A stretch of DNA of 60,605 nucleotides from Kofleriaceae bacterium (GCA_046597055.1 JBKJLC010000159.1:1-60605), one strand, 5' to 3'. Positions 9,560 through 19,865 are shown, counted from the first letter of the stretch. Numbers and translations are program-made. The notes: a model not told the origin generated them from the sequence alone.

Positions 9560-9693
9560 ATCGGCAAGGACCTTGCGCACCTGCGAGGATTTACGGACCG
9601 CCCGCGCGCGCGCGCAACTTTCCAGCGACCCGGGCGCGATCGCCCACAAGTGCGCGGATGTGCTCCGGCCCGGGGTAGGATGAGCTGACCCGC

Positions 9694-10617
9694 ATGTCCC
9701 AGTCGGTCCTGATCGTCGACGATGCCCAGGAGGTCCACGATCTCATCGCGGTACGGCTGCGGCCCGAGTCGATCGTCCTCCACCACGCGCTCGACGCCGC
9801 CTCCGGCGTGGCGCTCGCCGAGCGGCACGGGCCCGATCTGGTGCTGCTCGACCTCGAGCTGCATGGCGTCAGCGGCCTCGACGTGTGCCGGCAGCTCAAG
9901 GCCAACCCGGCGACCGCGTCGATCCCGGTGATCATGCTGACCGGCACCAGCGACGTCACGACCAAGGCGCTCGCCTTCGAGCTGGGCGCGGTCGACTACG
10001 TCACCAAGCCGTTCGACCCGATCGAGCTGCGCGCGCGGGTCCGGTCAGCGCTGCGCAGCAAGCGCTACCAGGACCTGCTCGCCACCAGCGCACAGCTCGA
10101 CGCGATGACCGGCCTGTGGAACCGGACCTACTTCGACGGCCGCCTCGACGAGGAGCTGGCGGCCGGTCGCCGCCACGGCCAGCCGATCGCGCTCGCGATG
10201 GTCGACGTCGATCACCTCCCGATGCTGAACGATACCTACGGGCATCCGTTCGGCGACGAGGCGCTACGCCGGGTGGCGGCGGCGCTCCTGCGAAGTGTCC
10301 GGCGAACGGACGTCGTGTGCCGCCATGGCGGCGCGGCGTTCGGCGTGATCCTGCGCGGCACCGGCGACGAGGCGTCGCTGCTGTGCGCCGAGCGGATGCG
10401 CACGACCATCGGCGGCGTCGAGCTTGCTCACGAGGGCACGCTGGTGACCATGACCGCCAGCTTCGGGGTCGCGGCCAGCGACGACCTCGCTGCGCAGGTC
10501 GGACTGACCGGTGGGGGCCTGGTGATGGCCGCCGACCACGCGCTCTATCGCGCCAAGCGTGCGGGCCGCAACCGCGTCGTGCGCGCGGCGCTCGACCGCT
10601 CGGATCTGTCGTCGTGA
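9694..10617 (+). CDS. Response regulator, REC + degenerate GGDEF
   Basis: REC motifs IVDD, PDLVLLD, TKPF; GGDEF-like domain with RRTD I-site but GGAAF at the active site. Confidence 0.9.
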   Translation: MSQSVLIVDDAQEVHDLIAVRLRPESIVLHHALDAASGVALAERHGPDLVLLDLELHGVSGLDVCRQLKANPATASIPVIMLTGTSDVTTKALAFELGAVDYVTKPFDPIELRARVRSALRSKRYQDLLATSAQLDAMTGLWNRTYFDGRLDEELAAGRRHGQPIALAMVDVDHLPMLNDTYGHPFGDEALRRVAAALLRSVRRTDVVCRHGGAAFGVILRGTGDEASLLCAERMRTTIGGVELAHEGTLVTMTASFGVAASDDLAAQVGLTGGGLVMAADHALYRAKRAGRNRVVRAALDRSDLSS

Positions 10618-10694
10618 GTCGCCGGACATTTGCGGCGCCGCGGGGTCGCGCCGTTGGTCCCCGCGCGAAGCGCGGCCGCGCCGGTCAGCCGTGA

Positions 10695-12689
10695 TCAGGG
10701 CGTGATCATCGTCAGCGAGTGGGGACCGCGCGCCCACACCCGGTCGAACTCGTCGATCGTGAGGTCGAGGACCAGGTTCTCGACCAGGCCGCGGCGCACG
10801 TCCATGCGCCGCACCTTGCGGCCGTCGAAGATCGCGACGCCGCGCTCGGTGGCCAGCCACAGCCGGCTGTCCTTGGCCAGCGCCAGATCGTTCACCGGCC
10901 AGCGCAGCTCGGGCGGAAACCGCCAGCGCTCGCCGTCGTAGGTGCCGACCCCCGAGGGGGTCGCGACGTAGACCAGCCCGCCGTTCGACACCGCGACCGC
11001 CGTCAGCAGCTCGGACTCGAGCTCGATGCCCTCGTTCCACACCGTGACCGCGGCGGCCTTGAGCCGGACCGCGCCCTCGAGGCTCGCCATCCACACCTCG
11101 TCGTCGCCAAGAAAGGCGGCGTCGACCACCGTCAGCGGCACCGGCAGCACGCCGCGTCGGACCTCGCGCTGGTCGGCGCTGGCGTGGTGGTAGGCGACCG
11201 CGGCCAGCTCGACGTCGACGATCGCGACGCCCCACGGCTGGACCGCGGCGTCGCTGCCGTCGTGGTAGCGCAGGCCGACCCACAGCTCGCCCGACGGCGC
11301 GAAGCGGGCGAAGCTGACCTCGGGCCGGTTGCCGGGCGTGGTCAGGGTGACGCCGATCGAGGTCCAGGTCTCGCCGTCGATGCGCGCGATCTCGATGCCG
11401 CGCGCGCTGGGCCGGCGGTGCAGTCCATAGAGGATGCCGGCCCGCGACCTGACCAGCGCGAGCACGACGTCGGCCGCCGGCCCGGCCGGCTCGAAGGTCT
11501 CGCCGCGCCAGCGCCACGCCCGCGGCGCGCCGGTCGCGATCCAGCAGTCCTCGCGGGCGGCGCAGTGGACCGTGAGCGTGTTGGCGGTGTGCAACATCTC
11601 GGCCCGGCGCAGCCAGCCGAGCGGCTGTGGCGTATCGAGCGCGAGCCGCGCGATGCCGAGCTCGCGGGTCGCGACCAGGACCTCGTCGCCGCGGGCGCCC
11701 AGCGCGGCGGCGCCCGCCGGCAGCCGGGCCTCGACCCGGTCGATCCGCGGCGGGTCGGGCGCGCCACCGACCAGCGGCATCAGCCTCGACCCGTTGCGCG
11801 ACAGCGGCCGGTGCAGGCCGGGCTTGCGCGCCGACACCACGTACAGCCCGGCGTCGGTCATGGCGGCCAGGCGGTTGCCGATCACCGTGATGTCCGACCA
11901 CCGGACACTCGGCGACACCTTGTACGAGCTCCAGCGCGCGCCGGTCCAGATCGCGACCCGCTGGCGTCCGCCGGCGTCCTCGCCGACCACCAGCACGCCG
12001 GCGCCGGGGGCGGGCGCGATCAGCCGGGTCGACACGATCTGGTTGCCTTCGGCCGGGCCGAACGTGAACGACTTGCCGTCGGGACGGCGACCGATCAGCC
12101 CGCGCTCGGTGCCGATCCACAGCCAGCCGTCCTGGCCCAGGTGGAGCGCGGTGATCGGATCGGCGATCGGCGTCGGGTTCCAGCCACCGGCCGGACCGGC
12201 GTAGAGCAGGCCGCGCGCATGGCCGAGCCACACGCCGCCATCGGCCGCGGCGGCGACCACCATCCGCGGCGGCGCGGCCACGGTGGGGTCGCCGATGCCG
12301 ATCGCGGCCAGCAGCGGCGACGATGGCACCTCGCGCAGGGTCTGGCTGGCGGTGTCGTAGATCGCGACCCCGCCATCGGTGACGATCCACAGCCAGCCCC
12401 GGCCGGCGTCGCCGCCGAGGCCGAGCACGCGGTTGCCGGGCAGGCCGTGATCGACGGACAGGATCAGGACCTCGCCGCTGGCCGACCAGCGCTCGAGGCC
12501 CTGAGCCTTGGCGGCGAACACGTACGGCCCCACGGTCGCCATCATGCGCACCGCCGAAGTCTCGGTGAACGAGCGCATGCGCACCTTGCCGGTGCCGTTC
12601 GGAGCGGTCGAGCGGCCGGCCTCGGGCGGATGGCAGGCGACCAAGGTGGCCGCGGCGACGATCCACAGCAACAACTTCGCGGACGCCAC
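10695..12689 (-). CDS. Beta-propeller lipoprotein (two-component-regulator propeller repeats)
   Basis: Lipobox TLVAC; repeated GLPGNRV, LWIGTERGL, LWLATERGV and GLVENLVLDLTIDEFDRVW motifs. Confidence 0.8.
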   Translation of the reverse strand: MASAKLLLWIVAAATLVACHPPEAGRSTAPNGTGKVRMRSFTETSAVRMMATVGPYVFAAKAQGLERWSASGEVLILSVDHGLPGNRVLGLGGDAGRGWLWIVTDGGVAIYDTASQTLREVPSSPLLAAIGIGDPTVAAPPRMVVAAAADGGVWLGHARGLLYAGPAGGWNPTPIADPITALHLGQDGWLWIGTERGLIGRRPDGKSFTFGPAEGNQIVSTRLIAPAPGAGVLVVGEDAGGRQRVAIWTGARWSSYKVSPSVRWSDITVIGNRLAAMTDAGLYVVSARKPGLHRPLSRNGSRLMPLVGGAPDPPRIDRVEARLPAGAAALGARGDEVLVATRELGIARLALDTPQPLGWLRRAEMLHTANTLTVHCAAREDCWIATGAPRAWRWRGETFEPAGPAADVVLALVRSRAGILYGLHRRPSARGIEIARIDGETWTSIGVTLTTPGNRPEVSFARFAPSGELWVGLRYHDGSDAAVQPWGVAIVDVELAAVAYHHASADQREVRRGVLPVPLTVVDAAFLGDDEVWMASLEGAVRLKAAAVTVWNEGIELESELLTAVAVSNGGLVYVATPSGVGTYDGERWRFPPELRWPVNDLALAKDSRLWLATERGVAIFDGRKVRRMDVRRGLVENLVLDLTIDEFDRVWARGPHSLTMITP

Positions 12690-12752
12690 GCGCCCGGAAC
12701 GTAGATCAACGAGGCGCTTGGCGCCAGCACGGGCTGGTCGGATAATCCCGCC

Positions 12753-13496
12753 ATGGCTCGGACACGCGGTCGAACGCGCGCGCCCAGCGGCCCGCGCGGC
12801 ACGCTGGGAACGCTTCTCCGGACCACCCTCGCGCAGGCGGGCGTGGTTCGCGACGTGCTCGAGCGCGGCGCGCGCGAGGGTCGCGCTCGCCTCGACGACG
12901 TCCGGCGTGGCCGCCGGCGCGACGACGCGCTCGCGCGCCTGGGCGAGGCGGTGCTCGAGGCGGTGCGCGCCGGCGAGCTCGAGCTCCACGATCTGCCCGC
13001 GGCCGCGCGCGCCCTCGACGAGCTCGACGCGCTCGACGCCGAGGGGGGTGGCGGCGCTAGCGACGAGCCGCCGTGGGTCGCGCCCGGCACCCGCGAGCGC
13101 TTCGATCGGCGCGACGTGCCCGCCGACGACGCGTCCGGTGACGGCACGGTGTCGTCGGCGAGCTGGCGCGCGCGGGCCCCGGCGGCGCCGGCCGCGGTGT
13201 GGCGGCCGCGCCAGGACGAGGCCCCGGCCCCGCCTCCCCGCGAGCCGCCCGCGCGCGAGCGCGATCCGGCCCGCGAGCCGGGCGCCCGGTTCAGCGAGCC
13301 GCGCGACCGCGAGCCGGCGGCTCGGCCCGCGGTGACGCGCGAGCCGGCCCCCCGCGCCAGCGCGCCGCGCGAGCCGACGCCCCGCACAGGCGGCGGCATC
13401 CAGTTCGCCGCCGATGACGACGACGACGACCTCGCCGCGTACATGCACCCGGACGACGTCCCGCCCCGGCGCGACCCGTCCGACGACCCGGCGTGA
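12753..13496 (+). CDS. Hypothetical protein (helical N-terminus, Pro/Arg/Glu-rich region, acidic tail)
   Basis: GC3-biased ORF; REP peptide repeats; tail DDDDLAAYMHPDDVP. Confidence 0.7.
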   Translation: MARTRGRTRAPSGPRGTLGTLLRTTLAQAGVVRDVLERGAREGRARLDDVRRGRRRDDALARLGEAVLEAVRAGELELHDLPAAARALDELDALDAEGGGGASDEPPWVAPGTRERFDRRDVPADDASGDGTVSSASWRARAPAAPAAVWRPRQDEAPAPPPREPPARERDPAREPGARFSEPRDREPAARPAVTREPAPRASAPREPTPRTGGGIQFAADDDDDDLAAYMHPDDVPPRRDPSDDPA

Positions 13497-13517
13497 CCGG
13501 CGCGCCGCGGCGCGCGA

Positions 13518-14516
13518 TCAGCCGCAGATCGGCTGGGGCGCGCAGGTCGGCGCCGCCGTGCTTCGGTCGCAGTAGTCGCTGGCGCACTGGCTGTCGTTGG
13601 CGCAGGCGGTGCCGTTGGCGTGCTCGGCCTCGCACACGTCGCTCGCGTTGCAGAACGCGCCGCTCGCGCAGTAGATGAAGCAGGCCTCGCCCACCGCCGG
13701 CCGGTCCTGGCAGGTGAGCGAGACCTCGTCACACACCAGCGGCTGCTGACAGTCGGCGAGGCCGACGAAGCTGGCCCGACAGGCCGCGCCCCGCGCGCCG
13801 CGGCCCGCGCAGGTGGTGGACGCCGGATCACAGCGGTCGCCGAGGTTGGCGCAGAACTCGTCGGGGCAGGCCTGGCCCCGATCGGGGCCCTCGGTGCAGA
13901 CCGCGCTGCAGTAGAGCCCGTACCCGCACTCCGCGTCGCCGGCACAGGCCTGACCGGCCGGCTTGAGCGCGAGGCAGGTCGCGGTCGCCTCGTCACAGAA
14001 CCCGCCGTCGACGCAGTCGCCGTCCGGACACGCCTGGCCGATCGCCGCCGCCGCGATCGTCGGGTCGCACACACCGACGCAGCACGCCAGGTTGCAGTCG
14101 CCGACCTCGCACGAGCCGCTCACGCACTCCACGCCCTGGTAGCAGGTGCCGCCGTCGGCCACGGTGCCTCGGAACGCGCCGTCGCAGGCGGCCGCGTCGA
14201 CCCGGTTGTCCTCCGCGGTGCGGTCGCACGAGGTGGCGCGCAGCGCGTCGATGCAGGCCTCGGCCTTGTCCGCGTCGTACGAGGCGCGGCCCGACTGGAC
14301 CGCCTGCTCGATCTGCGTGAGGTTGCCTGCGAGGCTGTCGCGGCAGTCGGCCTCGCTGGTGTAGGCGCCGCAGCGCGCCCCGCGATCGCAGAGGGCGTCG
14401 ACCAACGCCTCGTCGAGGTCTCCGATGTCGAGACCTCCTCCGCCGCAGGCGGCGAGCGCGCCGGCGAGGAGCAGGTGGAACAGCGGATGGGCGAACCGGG
14501 TCCTGAGCAGCTTCAC
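13518..14516 (-). CDS. Cys-rich lipoprotein (Dickkopf-like repeats)
   Basis: Lipobox LAAC; YDADKAEACIDAL motif; repeated G-x-x-C...C..G..C modules. Confidence 0.8.
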   Translation of the reverse strand: MKLLRTRFAHPLFHLLLAGALAACGGGGLDIGDLDEALVDALCDRGARCGAYTSEADCRDSLAGNLTQIEQAVQSGRASYDADKAEACIDALRATSCDRTAEDNRVDAAACDGAFRGTVADGGTCYQGVECVSGSCEVGDCNLACCVGVCDPTIAAAAIGQACPDGDCVDGGFCDEATATCLALKPAGQACAGDAECGYGLYCSAVCTEGPDRGQACPDEFCANLGDRCDPASTTCAGRGARGAACRASFVGLADCQQPLVCDEVSLTCQDRPAVGEACFIYCASGAFCNASDVCEAEHANGTACANDSQCASDYCDRSTAAPTCAPQPICG

Positions 14517-14590
14517 CCTTCCACCTGTACACCCGCGCCGCGGCGGGCGCGCGCCCTGGCGTGCCGCGGCGTGGCCCTGCGCACGGACGC

Positions 14591-14821
14591 TCAGCAGCCC
14601 GGCTGGCCCGGCTTGCAAGCGCGCAGCTTGTCGCGGTCCGCCTCGAGCACGTCGCGCAGCTCGCGCAGTCCGACGGCGCACGCCTGCGCCTCGGCCTTGC
14701 CGGCCGCGCTGTCCGATCCGCGACCGGCCCGAGCTTCCACCGTCACGCCGCGCACGACCCACGACGCGCCGGCGTCGAGGCGCCCACCGGCGCGGATCAA
14801 GGCGCGCTCGCGCGGCAGCAC
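14591..14821 (-). pseudogene. Possible small CDS or 3' gene remnant
   Basis: GC3-biased frame ending LRELRDVLEADRDKLRACKPGQPGC-stop. The candidate GTG start at 14821 lies inside the neighbouring gene. Confidence 0.3.
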
Positions 14822-16287
14822 CGGAACCCGCTGGTCGCCTCGATCACGTTGACCGCGGCCCGCGAGGTCCGGAAGTCGCACGTCGCGCCGATCGCCGGCG
14901 TGTCGAACCCGCCACCGCGCAGCACCGCGATGTCGACGCCGGCCGCGGTCCGGCCGGTGATGTCGTCGGTCCACTCCTTGAGGTTGCCCGACAGGTCGAG
15001 CGCGCCGGTGGCGGCGACGCACGTCGCCAGGCTGCCGGTCGCGATCGGCACGTTGTCGTCGGCGCCGCCGGGCACGCCGTCGTACGGCTCGGCGTTGCAG
15101 GCGTCGGCGACGAACGCCGCGCCGTACGGATACGTCGTGTCGGCCGCGCCTTCACACGCGGTCTGCCACTGGGTGGCCGTGCACAGGGTCTTGCCGGCCG
15201 CCACGCATGCCGCCTGGGCCGCCCCGAAGGTCACATGGCTCCACGGCCGGACCCCCGGGTTCGAGCAGGCGCGCCCGGACGACACCCCGACCGAGACCGC
15301 GGTGGCATCCGGGTGCGATGCCTCGAAGGTGTCGATGTAGTAGTCGAGCACCCCGACCTGCACGCGGCGCATGGCGTCGATGACGCGGCCCGGCCCGGTC
15401 GCGTTGTCGACGGTGCCATCACAGTCGTTGTCGACGCCGTCACACAGCTCGGCGGTGGCCGGGCGGGCATCGGGCAGCACGCTCAGGTCACAGCGCGTGC
15501 GCCCGGGGTCGGCCGGGTCGCACACCCGAGCGCCCCCATCGCGACACACGCCGAGGCCGCCGTTGTCGCAGGCCTGGCCGAGATCGCTGAAGCTGTCGTC
15601 GACCAGGCCGTCGCAGTCGCCGTCGGAGCCGTCGCAGCGCTGCTCCTGCAGCACGATGCCGTTGGGCACGGTCGGATCGAACTCGACGGCGGCGGCGTAG
15701 TCGCACCACCAGCGCGTCTCGGTGCCGCGGGTCGCGCACACCATCGTGGTCCCCGCGCACGGCGTGCCGGCCGTGATCCGGCACCGGCCGGTCGGCGGCG
15801 GCGGCAGCGTCTCGTCGACGACCCCGTCGCAGTCGTCGTCGATGCCGTTGCAGTCCTCGGCCCGGGGCGGGAACAGCGGACACCGGTACTCGCAGGTCAG
15901 CGGATCGGCATCGAGATCGCCGTAACCCGACTGGCAGGCGACCAGGACGCACGCGCCGGCCTGGCAGGCCTGGACCGCGCCGGCCCCGACGCACCGGTGG
16001 TTGCAGGTCCCGCAGTTGTTGGTGTCGCGCTGCTTGTCGAAGTCGTTGTCGACGATGCCATCGCAGTCATCGTCGAGCTCGTTGCACTGGTCGTCGACGC
16101 CGATCACCAGACAGCCGGGCGCGTCGACCGGCCCACCGCCGTCGCCATCGGGATCGTCCGGACCACCGTCGCCGTCGCCAACCCGGCCGTCGCTACCGCT
16201 GGCCGCGCTCAGATCGTACGGGTTGAGGCCACAACCCGCGCTGGCCACCACCACCGCGACCAGCGCCGCCCGCCCCCAGCGGCTCAC
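14797..16287 (-). CDS. Lipoprotein with MopE-type repeats and a C-terminal FGE-sulfatase (C-type-lectin fold) domain
   Basis: Lipobox SAGC; several CNGxDDDCDGxVD repeats; IDTFEAS, YPYG, DLSGNLKEW, LRGG and GFRCC motifs. GTG overlaps the upstream stop. Confidence 0.88.
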   Translation of the reverse strand: MSRWGRAALVAVVVASAGCGLNPYDLSAASGSDGRVGDGDGGPDDPDGDGGGPVDAPGCLVIGVDDQCNELDDDCDGIVDNDFDKQRDTNNCGTCNHRCVGAGAVQACQAGACVLVACQSGYGDLDADPLTCEYRCPLFPPRAEDCNGIDDDCDGVVDETLPPPPTGRCRITAGTPCAGTTMVCATRGTETRWWCDYAAAVEFDPTVPNGIVLQEQRCDGSDGDCDGLVDDSFSDLGQACDNGGLGVCRDGGARVCDPADPGRTRCDLSVLPDARPATAELCDGVDNDCDGTVDNATGPGRVIDAMRRVQVGVLDYYIDTFEASHPDATAVSVGVSSGRACSNPGVRPWSHVTFGAAQAACVAAGKTLCTATQWQTACEGAADTTYPYGAAFVADACNAEPYDGVPGGADDNVPIATGSLATCVAATGALDLSGNLKEWTDDITGRTAAGVDIAVLRGGGFDTPAIGATCDFRTSRAAVNVIEATSGFRCCRASAP

Positions 16288-19200
16288 GCGCGCCTCCGCC
16301 GCCGCCCGACCAGGCCGAGCGCCACCAGCAGCACCATCGCGCCCCGGGGATCGCCGCCCGCCGCGCAGCCCCCGCCGCCGCCCGGCTGGACTCGATCGCG
16401 CTGCCCGACCGGGTCGACCGGCACGCACAGCGCGCCCTGATCGCGGACCTCGCAGCGGAAGGCGTCGCTGCACGCCACCAGCCGGCACGGGTCGTCGAGG
16501 CACCCGCCGTCGCTGCACACCTCGCCGACGTCGCAGCGCACGCCCACGCACGGATCAGCCTCGCACCGTCCGTCCTGACACACGTCGGGCGGCCGGCAGC
16601 TCACCCCGGCGCACGCGTCCGCCACGCAGCTGCCGTCGAGCGCGCAGCGCTGGCCGTCGGGGCACAGGGTATCGTCGCAGTTGCCCACGCAGGCGCCGGC
16701 GCGGCAGCTGCAGCCGTCGGGGTCGCCGCAGCCGGTCGCGCAGTCGACGTCCAGGCACGGATCGTCGATGCAGACCGACCCGCTGCACACCTGCCGGTCC
16801 GGGCAGCCCAGGGTGTTGCAGTCGACACAGGTGCCGAACCGACACGACTCAGCCGGCCCGCAGCTGACGCCCACGCACGGGTCGACACAGGTCTCGTTCA
16901 CGCAGACCTCGTGGTCCTGGCACTGGGCGCAGGCGCTGGGCACGCACAGCTCACCGGCCGCCGTGAGGTCGCAGCGGAAGCCGGCCGGGCACTGGAACTC
17001 GCCGCCGGCGCACGGCATCCGACAGCCGCCCGCGACGCACGACGAGGTGTCCGGGCACGGCGCGGCGTCGTCAGGGTTGCCGTCGCAATCGTCGTCGATC
17101 CCGTTGCACTGCTCGACGCCGGGGTCGAGGTTGCCCACGCACACGATGCCGCCGCCGACGCACACGTTGGTGCCGAGATCGCAGGGCCCGACGTCGGTCA
17201 CCCCGCACGGCATGCCGACCCGTCCGTCGTCCTCCTCGAACCCGCCGTCGCAATCGTCGTCGAGCCCGTTGCACAGGTCGACCGGGGCGGTCGGCACGCA
17301 GCCGGGCGTGCAGGTGAGGCCCTCGTCGATCGCACCGTTGCAGTTGTCGTCGCGGCCGTTGCACACCTCGGTGCCCGCCGGCGCGCCCGGCATGGTGATA
17401 TCGCACTGCAGGCCGGCGCCGTTGGCGGTGCAGCCGAGCGTGCCGGTGCCGCGGCACGCGCCGAGCCGGCCGTCGTCGCAGGCCGCGCCCTTGAGCGGGA
17501 AGTCCTCGTCGATGCGGCCGTCGCAGTCGTCGTCGAGCTGGTTGCAGGTCTCGAACACGATCGAGCCCGAGACGATCGAGGCGAGCGCGTTGGCGAGCGC
17601 GCTCTCGTCGCCGACCAGGAACGCGGTGCCGGTGCCACCGGCCGCGGCGATCGCGTTGAGGGTGGCCACCTCCGACGGCAGGACCGAGAAGCCGACCACG
17701 TAGGTGTCGATGCCGCGGGCCCGGAGCGCCGCCGCGGCCGGCACCGGATCCCCCTTGCAGGTCTCCTCGGCGCCGTCGGTGAGCAAGATGACGCCGTAGC
17801 GGCGGCAGCCACCGGCGGCGGCGAGGTCGCACGCCTTGATCGGCGCCAGGTAATCCTCGACCGCGCTCAGCGCGTTGGCCAGCGGGGTCGGCCCGGTGCT
17901 GCGCAGCTCGCAGTCGCCGCCGCCGGCGAAGTCGCAGTACCCGCCCGGGGTGGCGGTGGCATCGAAGCGGGCCTCGGTGCCGTCGAGCCACATGAGGTAG
18001 TTGTCGATGTCGGCGCCGAACCCGACCAGGATGTCGGCGCCCCGGCGCGGCGGACCGCAGTTACCCGCGTAGTTGATGCACTCGTCGCCGGGCGAGTCCT
18101 TGGTGACCACCACCGGGCCCCGGCTGCCGCCGTTCACCGTGCACGCCGGGGTCGGCGCCGGTCCGGTGTTGTTGGTCGGGTTGTCGTAGCTGCAGCACAG
18201 CGCCTGGCACTCGAAGTTGTGGGCGACCTGGCAGCTGCGGTCGAGCGCCTGATCCTGGTGATAGCGGGCGAGCGAGAAGTCGATGTTGGGATAGGCCGCG
18301 ATCACGGTCGACAGCGCCGCCTTGGCCTTGAACAGGCGCGAGTCGTCGGCCCGCCCGTTGCCGTTGTGGTCGAGCCCGGGATGATCGACCGAGCCGTCGC
18401 CGAACGTCGGCACGCCGGCCAGGCTGCCGAGCATCGTGCCCGAGGTGTCGGCGACGATCGTGAACCGCGAGCGGCTGTCGGTGACCGGGCCCCGACACGC
18501 CGGCACGTCGGGTGCGCACTCCTGGGGCACGCCGTTCAGGCACGACGGCGTCGAGGTGGCCGCGCAGGTGAGCACCGGGAAGCCATCGTCGATCTGATCG
18601 TCGAAGTCGTTGTCGAAGCCGTCGCAGAGCTCGCCGACGTAGCCGCCCGAGATCTGGAGCTCGCCGAGCCCACCGCCGGCCTCGCCGCGGCAGATCGTGC
18701 TGACGCCGCCGGCGGCGCCGTTGACGCTGAACACCGCGCGGTCGTCGATGCTCGAGGTCACCGACAGCACCGACACCAGCCCGCCGCCGCCGCCACCGCC
18801 GCAGTCGTCGGCCTGGGTGCCCTGCTGCGCGGGCGCGACGCACTCGCCGGTGGGATCGGTCGCCAGCCCCTGGGTGTCGCCGCCCAGCCCACCGGCCGCC
18901 GAGATCACCGCGGTCGGGCCGATCGCGACGTGATCGCCGACGACCAGGATGGTGCCGCCCGCGCCGCCCCCGGCCGAGTCGTTGCCGTTGCCGCAGCCGC
19001 GCCGGCCATTGCCGTCGAGGGCGCCGTTGATGGTCACCCGGCCGGCGCCGCCGTCGAGCCCGGCGAGCACGATCCGGCCGCCACCGCCGCCGGCGGTGTT
19101 CACGGTGGTGCCGTCGCCGTCGCGGCAGCCCTTGTCGCCGCCCGAGGCCCCGAACTCGGGCTGGTAGACCGAGTGGAAGTAGCTCGCGCCGGCGACGGTC

Positions 19201-19733
19201 GGCAGGCCATCGCCGTTGCGGCAGTCGGTGACCGGGCTGCAGCTCGGCACCCCGCTGCCGTTGTACGAGACCGTGTTCCCGCACGCCTCCTCGTAGCCGG
19301 CCGGGAAGGTGGTCGGGTTGTCCCTGGTGCCGCGGCCGCCGCCGCCGAAGTGGGCGCCGCCGCCACCCGAGTCGCGCAGCGAGCAGCCGCCGCGCCCACC
19401 GGCGGTCGGGGTGGGCCCGGTCCCGTCCCCGCAGATCCGGGTCTGGTAGCCGCTACCGCGCGCGGTGATCTTCGAGGTGGCGTCGATCGTGATCTGCCGC
19501 GCGCGCAGCTCGAGGTTGCCGGTCGAGACCTTGTTGCCGCTGCCGTCGTAGCGATTGACCTCGATGATCCCGCCGTTCCGGATCGACACGGTCTGGAAGG
19601 TCCGCACCCCGGACAGCTGGCAGGTGATCGCGTCGACCACGAGATCCGGGCCCGTCGTCGGGCACGGCGCGGCCTGGGCGTGGTGAAACAGCGCGCACGT
19701 GAACAGAACGCCGGCACCGACGACTCCCCGCAT
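16284..19733 (-). CDS. Large surface protein: Gly-rich N-domain, vWA, MopE-type and Cys-rich repeats, MYXO-CTERM
   Basis: Signal peptide; GGGGGRI/GGGAGGTI motifs; vWA DTSGT...TPL...LTDG...TYVVGF; CNGxDDDCDG repeats; DPCxGVxC repeats; GGGGCAAGG, TM helix and RRRRR tail. Confidence 0.88.
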   Translation of the reverse strand: MRGVVGAGVLFTCALFHHAQAAPCPTTGPDLVVDAITCQLSGVRTFQTVSIRNGGIIEVNRYDGSGNKVSTGNLELRARQITIDATSKITARGSGYQTRICGDGTGPTPTAGGRGGCSLRDSGGGGAHFGGGGRGTRDNPTTFPAGYEEACGNTVSYNGSGVPSCSPVTDCRNGDGLPTVAGASYFHSVYQPEFGASGGDKGCRDGDGTTVNTAGGGGGRIVLAGLDGGAGRVTINGALDGNGRRGCGNGNDSAGGGAGGTILVVGDHVAIGPTAVISAAGGLGGDTQGLATDPTGECVAPAQQGTQADDCGGGGGGGLVSVLSVTSSIDDRAVFSVNGAAGGVSTICRGEAGGGLGELQISGGYVGELCDGFDNDFDDQIDDGFPVLTCAATSTPSCLNGVPQECAPDVPACRGPVTDSRSRFTIVADTSGTMLGSLAGVPTFGDGSVDHPGLDHNGNGRADDSRLFKAKAALSTVIAAYPNIDFSLARYHQDQALDRSCQVAHNFECQALCCSYDNPTNNTGPAPTPACTVNGGSRGPVVVTKDSPGDECINYAGNCGPPRRGADILVGFGADIDNYLMWLDGTEARFDATATPGGYCDFAGGGDCELRSTGPTPLANALSAVEDYLAPIKACDLAAAGGCRRYGVILLTDGAEETCKGDPVPAAAALRARGIDTYVVGFSVLPSEVATLNAIAAAGGTGTAFLVGDESALANALASIVSGSIVFETCNQLDDDCDGRIDEDFPLKGAACDDGRLGACRGTGTLGCTANGAGLQCDITMPGAPAGTEVCNGRDDNCNGAIDEGLTCTPGCVPTAPVDLCNGLDDDCDGGFEEDDGRVGMPCGVTDVGPCDLGTNVCVGGGIVCVGNLDPGVEQCNGIDDDCDGNPDDAAPCPDTSSCVAGGCRMPCAGGEFQCPAGFRCDLTAAGELCVPSACAQCQDHEVCVNETCVDPCVGVSCGPAESCRFGTCVDCNTLGCPDRQVCSGSVCIDDPCLDVDCATGCGDPDGCSCRAGACVGNCDDTLCPDGQRCALDGSCVADACAGVSCRPPDVCQDGRCEADPCVGVRCDVGEVCSDGGCLDDPCRLVACSDAFRCEVRDQGALCVPVDPVGQRDRVQPGGGGGCAAGGDPRGAMVLLVALGLVGRRRRRA

Positions 19734-19865
19734 GGCGCGAGGATACGAAATCATCCCGGTCGTCTCAATCGATGCGCTTCGCTCCCGCGCGCTCGCTACC
19801 CGCCCCGCACCCGCACCGTGGCCGACATCAGGGCCTCGCCGGGGCGCTTGCCCACATCGCGACGG

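Noticed and set aside
14797..15100. FGE-sulfatase/C-type-lectin C-terminus as a diversity-generating retroelement target
   Set aside because: I saw no template repeat differing at adenines and no reverse transcriptase in the window; a remote DGR cannot be excluded.
16284..19733. traA kin-recognition gene
   Set aside because: It has MYXO-CTERM and Cys repeats, but a vWA rather than PA14-like head and no adjacent OmpA-domain traB.
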